A DNA stretch of 63,769 bases, the filler included, from Ionaspis alba (lineage: Eukaryota): assembly GCA_964255285.1 (NCBI GenBank). It is 6 parts of 6 records of this genome, joined end to end, with 100 filler letters (N's around TTAATTAATTAA, not from the genome) between each part and the next. Parts side by side here need not be neighbours in the genome. Positions count along the whole stretch, not along the records: positions 42,624 to 53,153 come from CAXUUL010000601.1; positions 53,254 to 63,769 come from CAXUUL010000602.1; 4 more parts are not named here. One strand, written 5' to 3'. Shown here in pieces: positions 49,297-59,600 of the stretch. The first letter of the stretch is position 1, and each line of letters begins with the position of its first letter. The notes under the pieces are model-generated. The model did not search any database. It saw only the letters and a list, made by a program, of their open reading frames with translations, and was not told the origin of the DNA. The translations under genes and the position numbers were made by a program.

Positions 49297-51474
49297 ATGT
49301 ATACAGTTTCCATACTGCAGCATTTGGGTGCGCCTCTCCAAATTGTCATATTAGAGGCTGGGACTGTCGATCGAGCCGTCACCCGAGCTGTCCAGTATGA
49401 CGAACACGGACACCTCGTTATTCGGTCCCCAAATGGGAACACACCTTGTGCTCTTCTACGTCGGCCTTTTCACTCCTAGTGGCTTCTCGTAGCTGACTAG
49501 CTTGATACAGACTGTTACAAATACGGTGTTACCATCGAAGCTTTCCGATTGGGTCTGAGAAGCTTACCGTCGCTTCCCACCAACCATCGACGTGAGACAG
49601 AGGATATGGGAATCCCCATTCTCCAATCGAGATCAGATGCAGCATCCTACTTTCAGGTGGTTCCGGGAACAACCATCTCCGTCGGTAGCGCTTACTTGAC
49701 CTTTCACGTCGATTGTGCAAATCAAACTCATCAGGGTTCTGATAGAGAAGCTGACGATGTTGGTCCTACGGTGACTTCCATCAAGGCTCAGGAGTACGAG
49801 AATGAGACTACCCGTTACAAGGTAACGAAGCCACGGTCTTCGCCAAGAGGTGATGAAGCTAGGAGTTCGACAAGTAGAGTTCAACCATTCTACGATACAC
49901 CGGCGATCAACAAGGACATAGAAGGGAGCGCACACAGAGATACTAATGACGGAAGCGCTGACAGAGAACTCTTAACAACTGTGCAGCCAGCCCTACGAAC
50001 CCAAACGGCTGCGCCTAGCGATCTGAAGACTTCAAACCTCGTTAATCACGAAAATGGAGATGGTGATCTAGGAGAGACAATCATGCCGGCAACACGTGAA
50101 GCACATTCATTCAACAGCACAACGTCGTCCACTGAGTATTCCGAAGTGGCAGCGACTACCTTGCGAACAGTGCTAGCTCTGGATGAAGTTGAGTCTCTTC
50201 AAGGGAAAGATGACACACAAAACAGCAATCGCAGAAGAGCGGATGAGTTGCTCAGCCTCGCGCGGAGTAGCCTGTCTCCACCGTCAAGCCCGCCTATCGT
50301 ACCACTACTAGAGACTGTAGAAATTGTCAATATTGATAGACAAGGCTTGGACGACCTAAACGGTGGGTATACTGATGATAGGAAACCTTCTGAAGATCAG
50401 GAAAACATCCACAATAGCGAGACTGATAGTGAGCCACCCACGAAACGAACAAAGCGTCTGAAACGGCCCTCTCGCAGGGTCCTAGAGCAATGCGACGAGA
50501 ATATCGCCGCTTTGCAGGCGGCTAGGCCCCGTTTGTCTCCAGCCGTCCCTGGTACAACCATTGAAGACAAGCACACAAGCACAAATCAGGCACGGAGAAG
50601 AGATAGCACCGTCAGCAGTGCCAGCACTGGTAGTGTCATCTATCTGGCACCACAGGCACCTCCTGTTCGGGCCTCGAAGCCAGCGAGAACATACAGTCGA
50701 AGATCTCTTCCTCAGCCCATGCTCACTTCATCCGGCCGGCCTTCATCGCAGCTTAATTCGACCAGCACTACTACGACAAGTGACCATCGATTGAGCATAT
50801 TCTTCACAAGCTCGACCGAGGTGGACGAGTCAATCATTATGATGCGCAAGTTGACCAAAGCTGGAATGAGGAAAGTTGACAGTGTAGCGGATTGCGACTA
50901 CATCTGTGTTGGCAAGGATGCTGAACTGAAAAAGACTAGTCATCTGATTCTTGCTGTCTCGTCCGGCAAGGCAGCGATCACAGATGACTGGGCAAGGGAA
51001 AGTGCAAAAGGGAAGAAGCTCCTCGATCCTCTAAAGTTCCTAGCAGGCGATCCCATGCGCGAGGTCCAATGGGGCGTGACACTCACCGAAGCAGTCGAGC
51101 GTGGAAAAGAAGGTCGAAAACCTCTAACGGGCACTACCATTCTCTTCACGACGTTCATGAGAAACGACTTAGGCAGCAAGAACTTTGAAGAGCTTAAGAG
51201 AATTGCCATGCACGGAGGAGCGAGATGTGTCCAAGCTCGTGCACCGAGACCTGGCGACGACAAAGAGGCCACTATCATCTTATCATCTCTCAAGGATCCT
51301 GCCCTTGATAAATGGCTAAGGGCTGGATGGCGGTGCTATTCTAAAGACCTGATCACGATGACCGTGCTTCGAGGTGAAGTTGACCTATACAGTGCTGAGT
51401 TCGCGCTGGGGACTGTGGAGGAAGGCGGTGAGGTCGCAGAAGAGAGGGACTGGAAACATAAGAGAGGTGATTGA
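49297..51474 (+). CDS. Tandem-BRCT protein with degenerate FHA-like N-terminus (Mdb1/MDC1-like architecture)
   Basis: C-terminal BRCT pair (IFFTSS..YICVG..LKKTSHLILAVSSGKAAITDDW; PLTGTTILFT..GA..YSKDLITMTVLRG). A phase-consistent intron 49460-49510 (CTGAC..CAG) links the ORF to ATG 49297. Confidence 0.75.
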
Positions 51475-53721
51475 GATCTCAAAGTAAGGAACAGTTGATA
51501 GGTAGGCATAATGTGCAGCACAAGCCGTTGCAAGGGACATTGTTTACCAGGTTGATGAGTCATGCTATAATGCAGTCAACGGTCATGGGCGCTGCGGTCT
51601 GCGTGATGAGGATGGTTTGAGTGTTCTAAAGCACGAGCATGTTTGCTTTCTGGAAGTATTGACGTACGTGTGTACATGTGGCTGGCGCTCTAGTGGCTCG
51701 GAAGGCTTTTGGCAGGTAGTTGAAATAGATACTCTTGGTATCGCCTTTGTCACGCTGTGCGTCTTTAGCTACAAAATATCCTAGTCTTTCAAACGGTCCT
51801 GCGTCTATAGAGAATCGAACGGTTCTGCGTGCTACGAAACAAGGACCTCAACTGCCGCTCTTCGCACGGCTCTCGAGTATCTAGAGTTTGTATGCACCCC
51901 GCCCTTTCAGGCATATTGTCGCTTATCGTGACGCATCTACACTCTCTGCACTGTGGGTGGGAACAAGCTTCACTGAATCAAAGCTTAAAGATATGCAAGG
52001 GTCCTGGGAGACAGACGTGGCGGAGCAGGTTGCGTAGGCGGAAGGGATGGATTTTGGTAATATCAAAGCTTAAGTATGTAGGGATATGCTCGATCGTCAC
52101 TGGGAAGAAACGTACAGTTTGTGACTCTCTCAGAGATATTCTTAGGTCTGTTAAACGGATCACCTGCAAGCTCTAGTGCCTAGACTGCAGAAGCTCAAAG
52201 AATCCGCCACAGCGACGATGGCTTGCGATGGGCGTTCCTATAGAGAGTATGCGATGGGAGAGAGGAGGATTGTCTGATATCTTGTCGGCGAGGAACTGGC
52301 GGACTTTTGCTCATGGTGGGACAGGAAGAGTAGGGCACTATTCGGATTCCATTTATTTAGAGTATTACTCGTCTCTTCCCGACCGTGACCGGCCTTGCCA
52401 TCAGTATAGAGAACCGTATGCTTGATATCCCACAGAGCATTTGGATCTGAGCCGATGGCAGTGGTCCAGGCTGAGGATATGCATCCACAATCGATACTGC
52501 TAAGCTTTTCTCCCCAGGGCATCCCGAGGTCATCATCACGAGCAATGGGCGACCATCACAACAAATGCACCATCTCAAGGCACCTTCTCAGACTTTCCAA
52601 GAGCAAAGTCTACCACGAAGCTTCTTTCTTACCCAGGCACAGAACACAACCACCCTCAACCCACAGACAAAGGACCCCTCCTCCTCCCTCCCCTGGCCCT
52701 TACAGGCACACCCAGCATAAATAAACGGCAGATTAACCCCGTGCTGTGCACCCCTTATGCACCTGCACAACCCCCTTCCTTACAAAACCACAAGCAAGCC
52801 CAGAGCGCTCCTCCTTCTCAAGCCATCTAAACGCTCCACTCACGCCTCGCCCCTCCACCTATCAGGCCGTTCATCAATAATGGACTGCGCCAGATTGAGT
52901 TAGCTGGTCCAAACACTTAGATCTTCGACTCTACATGTCCTAGTCTACCAACTACTATGTGCAATGTGCAAAATATAATCGATTCATGTGATTCCGTTGA
53001 GCACGCGGACAACTACTGCGAGGATTTTTTTGAGTATTTGCTTTGTGTGCTCAGGCTGTGCGCGGATAGATGGGATGGGTATGGGTATGTTGCAGATTTC
53101 TGATATGATATGGCAGCTTTGAGAATTGACAGGCCGGCACCGGGGGTTTAGGGNNNNNNNNNNNNNNNNNNNNNNNNNNNNNNNNNNNNNNNNNNNNTTA
53201 ATTAATTAANNNNNNNNNNNNNNNNNNNNNNNNNNNNNNNNNNNNNNNNNNNNGTCCGGGAGATAGTCAGGCAGCTGTGGAGGGAGGGAGGGGCGACGGT
53301 GTGATAGGGACTGAGAGATGGTGTTGGGGCTCTTGCTTGACATGAGGGGAGATTGATAGGTATCGCGGATCAAGAAGTACGGTAGATGGGACGAGAATAC
53401 AGGGATTATGAAAGGGCAAGCGGTGCAGCGCCTCCGAAGAGCTACCGCTCAGCTTTAATATATATGTGAGTTTCCAATGCAAGCTTAGTTTTTGCTTATA
53501 TGATGTACCCCTTCAGACAACCGCAACCCCGCGTCTCCCCGCTAAATACTTCATATCATATGGCTAAACAGGCTCCAGGATAATTTCCGGCCTTTAATAA
53601 CCATTACATTCATACACCTCTCTCGATCCTATTTGTAACGAACCCAATCGACACCTGCTGTTATAACAGACTCACCCAAACCTCACTATTACACTCAAGC
53701 ACCGCCAATCACAAGCCGATC

Positions 53722-53904
53722 ATGTGTCACACGCACGTCAAGGCCTATACCAATTGTACGGCCCAGCCAAAACACGTATACACCCGAGAGTTCAAATGTG
53801 TCGACGCCCAAAACCGCGATCCTCCCGCCTGGTGTCAAGTCTTGACACCGAGCGCCTACGGCCAGACGGCCCCTTGCGTACAAGGGATGTTTATGATCCT
53901 TTAG
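53722..53904 (+). CDS. Small Cys/His protein candidate (MC-x9-C-x5-H-x7-C-x11-C)
   Basis: 60-aa ORF preceded by a C/A-rich leader typical of fungal 5' UTRs; 3' end uncertain. Confidence 0.4.
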   Translation: MCHTHVKAYTNCTAQPKHVYTREFKCVDAQNRDPPAWCQVLTPSAYGQTAPCVQGMFMIL

Positions 53905-54763
53905 AAAGCGCAGGGGGACTGAGCAGTCCTGGGTTACCTCTGGGTTCAGCACGAATCAAGGCACGTCAGTCTGTTCCTCGTCAATTCACCGCTGCGGGAT
54001 TCGAGCCACCTGAAGGAGACCTGACGGTAGGTAGTAAGTGCACTTGTACCGATATGGGTGGCTTTCCAGCCCGGCTCGGATCACTGTATTGCTGTAGCGG
54101 TCGTTGCATTGTCCGAACAGGATCTTCGACTGAGTCATAGTCAGCGTGGAATTTGTTCTTCGAGGTGGGAATTGTACAGAACAGTACATAAGTAGTGAGA
54201 CAGGCTAAAATAGCGTAAGCCACAATACAAGGATAATAACAAAAATAATAATAAAAATAAAAAGGATATTATATACATGTATATATGTTAATTACGTGTA
54301 CTAGCGTAGCTTTAGCCCCTTGGCAACCACTATATCTGAGTCCCTGATCTAATATATGGGCTCGTACATATCTCAGCTAACTATCGTAAACGGAATCTCG
54401 CAGAGCGCTACGCCGAAGGAAATAATATCTGGACAGTACTCGCGGCGGTCAGCAAGATTGGAGCGCCAGTCATCAAATTGATATACATGGAACTGTTCGA
54501 CAGTCGTACCAAAATAAAAGTACCGAAGTATCCCCACATATATTCAGATTGAAGTCCGTGAAGAGCAAACCTACAGGCTAAGCCAAACAGTAAGATTACC
54601 TAGACGGGCCTTTAACATGTCAATACGTGTTGAGAAGAGATGGTTGCATTGTTCAAAATCTCGAATGATTGGCGTTCTTTCGAAGTTCACACAAGGCAAA
54701 AATCTGTAAAGAAGCGGTCTGATATCCAAGACGGCCTTTCAACGGCTTTGACCTGAGACTACG

Positions 54764-56265
54764 CTAGTAGGAGCAATGGCCGCAGTAGCCACAATCCTCG
54801 GCTGAGCAGGCCGTGTAGTCCTTCTCGGACTCATCATCAGACAACTCGAGGGGATCTAAGTCCGAGTCGGGGCCATAGCTCTCAACATAAGATCTTGCGT
54901 CCGAATACGCTGTACCCGTGGACCCTTCGTCACTGTCCTGAGGCGGTTTGTCATCCGCAGAGCCCGTCTGGTTTGCGAAAGCGCTTGTCGTCCATCGCAG
55001 TATTAGTTCGACAGGCAATACGTGCTCTTCCATGTGCTGCTCCCGCAACTCCAGCTTGTGCAGCTCCTTGCGGTACACTTCTAGCTTCCCATCCTTCCTC
55101 GCTCTCGCCGCGGCGATGATCTCACGAAGCAGCCAACCGAACTGTTTGATGTCTTGCTGATTCTCCTGCTCCCAATTGTGCAGATCCTTCTGCACATCCT
55201 GCACGTGGACGTCTTCCGGCACGAACATGCCACGATCGTGGTAAGCAAGGATGAAGTTCGGAATCTGGGCCAACCATAGGCGAGGGAGCTGGTCTTGTAG
55301 TACATCCAGGCTTTTCGAGTAAGACCCGCGCGTCTTAAGGTCGAAAATGGCGGCCTGTGGCACTTCGTGGCCTGTCTTGGTGACCTTCAAGGGGGCCGTG
55401 CGGTCCTTGATTTCACGTGGAGAACTGGCGAGTACTTTATGCAACGGCACATCATCGTTTCCATCTGAACGCTCCTCGCAAACAATGGAAGTCTGAAGGG
55501 CGTCGTGTGCCTCGGGAGCCTTAGAGGGAATGTAACCATCACATCCAGACCTCACCAAGCAGTTGAGCCCAGCAAATCGGTATCTGAGCAGCCGCTGATG
55601 CGACACAGATCCCTCGACACCGGCATCCCACTGGGTATTCGCGTCAGGGAAGGTGTGACCAAAGCCTCTAACCCCTTCGATCAATTGAGTCGGCGAATTT
55701 TCTTGCCGGAGGAAGAAGACCGTGTTGCCGACAACTTGAACGAGGAAACGAAACCGTTGCTCGATGCGTCGAGCAAAGCGAAGGACATTGCCTAGAGTGC
55801 TGGAGCACGCGAACAGTTCTATTTCTTGGCCGTCGAAGTCCTTATGCTGCGTGAGCAACGCCCGCACCGCAGGTTCTAGAGGACGGTGAATGCGTGCAGC
55901 ATTCGGATCACGGAAAAAGTCTCCTTGATCCTCTTTCAGCTGATGTTCCCGATTGACCGGCGTCCAGGCTGGTGGCGCTCCTGTTGCAATCTTCGCGTCA
56001 GCGGGAGAGCTCCGGTGGCCATTTCTTGAGGGGACAAACCAGGAATGAGAACCGTTGGCGTATTTCGGTCTAGCCAGTTGTAGGAAGCGACGTAGACGCA
56101 GTCTGTAATAGTTTCGTTCTGGTCGTCCTGAGACTTCGCGCAAGTGTTGCTGGCTTCCTGTCGATACAGGGATCGGATGAGAGAGCCTAGGGGCGGAGTC
56201 GGTGGTCTAGGCGGCTCGGTGCGAACACCCCCGCGTGCTCGCTGCCGTCTGAAGCCACCCCTCAT
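54764..56265 (-). CDS. Rai1/DXO-like PD-(D/E)XK-fold protein with RGG N-terminus and C-terminal C4 motif
   Basis: Exon 1 (MRGGFRRQRARGG..ASYNWLD..PTVLIPG), intron about 55983-56039 (GTTTGT..CTGAC..CAG), then exon 2 with GFGHTF, CLVRSGCDGY, IFDLKTR, RLWLAQIPNFILAYHDRG and terminal CSAEDCGYCGHC. The fold assignment is inferred from motif order. Confidence 0.7.
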
Positions 56266-56630
56266 CTTTCCCTGTCAGCTTAAAACCTTTATTTCTGATG
56301 TTTTGAGGAAGATGTTGATTAAGACGCGTTCTTATTCGCATTCCATGAGTAGAAGCAGTTCAAGCGGCCAGTTTGGGTCGATTGCTCTGTCTGGGATCAT
56401 CTATGAAGTTCCAGCTACGAGAAGTTACATGGGGCAACGGCTACCTGCTTTATCTGCAAACACCCCCGCTCTTTATCGAGCTCTTCACCACGGCTGCAGT
56501 AGCTCAAGACTGTTGCTTCACGTATTGAGCTCAGTCCCATGTCGAGCCACCTGAGCTCTATTCTTTAGTGGCAGCACCTTTTTTGTATGCCTTAAATTTC
56601 CCCTACTGGTTCACTCTGCATTAAAGCTCA
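56266..56630. promoter_or_regulatory. Putative bidirectional promoter (365 bp)
   Basis: Lies between divergent ATGs at 56265 (-) and 56631 (+) with no gap. Confidence 0.55.
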
Positions 56631-59600
56631 ATGGCCTCGGCCGGCGCCGACCTAGCCCTCAAGTCAGCGCGGCTGTCGAAGCTATTCAACGCTACTATCT
56701 ACGGGAAGCGTGCCATCAAAAACGCTAACGACGCTAAGCTTTTCCTTGAGGCGACATGCCACCAAGAAGATCGGTCTAGTTGCGTTGAAAAGCTGGTGGC
56801 TGCACCTCAGGGGCTCCAAGCCATCAAGATAAGCCTGCGCATTGAAACCTCCAGCACTTTCGTCAACGAGTGTAGTACTGACTTCCTAAGATATATTACT
56901 GATGACAGTGTGAGGCTGCTGTGCGGCGGACAGCTGTTTCGCGATATTCTGCGTGTGGTTGTAGACCCTCCAACGTTTTGGAAGGCTTTGGAAAAGTACT
57001 ATGTTGAGAGGAACCTTTCGCAAAGCGGCATCTACGCCTTTGCGTCTCTCCTGCTGGATCTGCTTTGCTCCCCGCCCCCTTCTGTACAAACGGATGTTCT
57101 TGAGATCGCAGAGAAGAGCCTTCGTGGCTTACTCGAATCGCCAGATGATGAGGTACGTGGCCTGGCATACAAGATCCAGGACGTTGTGCGCAACAAGGCA
57201 TCTGGCTGCCATGGAACAGGCACCTTCAAACCTGGCGGCCGGCATGATAATGACTTCGAGGACTTCCGAGACATCGCCATTTATCCCACGGCGGATGAAC
57301 TTCTCGCGAAGGACCCACCGTTCTACCTGCAAGCCGAGGCTGTGCTCCAAGCAGAGCCAGAGAAAAGAGTTGCCGCCTACTTGGACAATCAATTCCGCTT
57401 GCTAAGAGAGGACATGCTAGCAGAACTGCGCAATGACCTTCAAATTGCGCTGGGCAACAAGCAAGGAAGACGAACCTCCCTGCGACTCAAACAGCTCGTT
57501 CTCCATAACATTGATTGTGGCGTTGTGCAGCGGCGAAAACCAGCTGCAATTGCTCTTCGTTGCTATGAAGGACTACCGAAGCTTGCCGGGAAAGATGAAG
57601 ACCAGCGCCGGAAATTCTACGCCGAAAATAAGACATTTTTAAAGCACAATTCCTTTGGTTGCCTACTACGTTCTAACAACATTGTAGCATTTGCGACTGT
57701 TGACAGGAATGAGGAGATGCTTGCTAAGGAGGCCCCCATCATTCTGCTTCAAGTCCTCGGCAGCTCGACAACTACCAAGATGCTAGTGACATTGAAAGCT
57801 GCGCATCAGGATGAGCTGGAGTTTGTCCTCGTCGACACACCGGTCTTCGCCTACGAGCCGATCTTGAAATGTCTNNNNNNNNNNNNNNNNNNNNNNNNNN
57901 NNNNNNNNNNNNNNNNNNNNNNNNNNNNNNNNNNNNNNNNNNNNNNNNNNNNNNNNNNNNNNNNNNNNNNNNNNCTCTCCCGCTGAGAAAATTGAGTAGG
58001 AACGGGAAAATCCTTCGTTGGGACACTTCTGATGAAGGTCCTGCTTGAGCACTCTAACGAGAACATCTTAGTTCTGACTTACACAAACCACGCGCTGGAT
58101 CAATTTCTCGAGGATGCTCTGGACATTGGCGTTACAAAAGAAGAGATGCTGCGCCTTGGCTCCAAGTCCACAGCGAGAACTAAGCCTTTGGGGCTGTGGG
58201 AGCAGTCCGTAAATTATCGCCGATCGAAACCGTCTTATGACTTGCTGACTAAGCACTCTGACGATGTTGACACGTTATCTGAACGCATCCAAGGAGAGGC
58301 TGCAGCTTTTAAGCAACTTAGAATCTCTAATATGGACCTTTTGGACCTTCTCGAGTTCTCAGACAGCGATTCTGATTTCTATTACGCGCTTAGCACTCCC
58401 GAAAACGCCGATGGAATGTCGACAGTGGACAGAAGAGGAAGGGCCATTGGATCATCCTATCTAATCGACCGGTGGTTGAGAGGTGAAAATGCTGGACTCT
58501 TCCAGCGTACTGTTGCCAAAGACTATCCGCAAATATGGGCCATGGATGCTCCGGCTAGAAGAGCCTGCGTGGAGAGGTGGACTCGTGAATTCTTCATGGA
58601 GCATGCTGTCATGCTGCAGAACACCCTCAAAGAGTATGCAGAGACCTACGAGCACTGGAGCAACGTGAGGGAAGAGAGATCCGCGGCTATCATTGGCGGA
58701 AAACGAATAGTTGGCTGCACGACAACTGCAGCTGCGAAGTACGCAAAGGAGCTATTGAATGCACGACCCGGAATCGTCATCGTGGAAGAGGCTGGCGAGA
58801 TCCTCGAAAGCCATATCCTGACAGCCCTATCCACCAACGTCAAGCAGCTGATCTTAATAGGCGACCACCAACAGCTACGGCCAAAGGTCAACAACTACGT
58901 CCTTACAGTCGAGAGAGGAAGGGGTTACGACCTCAACAAGTCTCTTTTCGAACGACTGGTCATAGCCGGCCATCCACACACCACACTTCAAAAGCAGCAT
59001 CGCATGAGACCAGAGATATCCGCACTTATCAGACATCTTACCTACCCCGACCTTCAAGATGATGCCAAAACTCTGAATCGTCCTCAAATACGCGGGCTGC
59101 AATCCAACGTCGTCTTCTTCAATCACGATCACCCCGAGGTCGAGAATCGGCAGCTGGCAGATCGACGAGATGAAGGCTCAAAAATCTCTAAACAGAATGT
59201 GTTTGAAGCTGAAATGGTACTGAAGATTGTGCGATATCTAGCGCAGCAAGGTTACGGGACGGACAAGCAAGTTGTGCTTACGCCATACCTGGGGCAACTT
59301 AGCCTCCTTTTAAAGTACCTGAAGGAAGATCACGATCCCGTCCTGAATGATCTGGACTCGTTCGACTTGGTCAAGGCCGGACTTCTACCTCAAGCGAGTG
59401 CTGATGCGAGCAAGCGACGGTTGAGGATTTCAAGCATCGGTAAGTTACGCAATCCGCAGCCATATATTGTGATGCAACAACTCGGACGGACAGCTACTGT
59501 TTCAGACGATATGCTTTGCACTGGGTTAGCGACTAACCTTTGCTCAGATAATTATCAGGGGGAAGAGAGCGACATCATCATAGTTAGCCTTACACGGAGT

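Noticed and set aside
51500..53150. Several 60-115 aa ORFs downstream of the BRCT gene
   Set aside because: No motifs, coding-like composition or coherent splice signals.
53143..53153. GGGGTTTAGGG beside a gap, telomere-like
   Set aside because: Only one TTAGGG unit, which is insufficient evidence of a telomeric array.
10633..53209. Five identical TTAATTAATTAA palindromes that could be taken for repeats or TTAA transposon target sites
   Set aside because: Always embedded in N-runs and give stops in all six frames, so they are an assembly linker rather than biology.
54764..56143. ORF-track start at 56143 for the nuclease-like gene
   Set aside because: The conserved-looking ASYNWL..PTVLIPG segment is in another frame and joins through an intron, placing the start at 56265.
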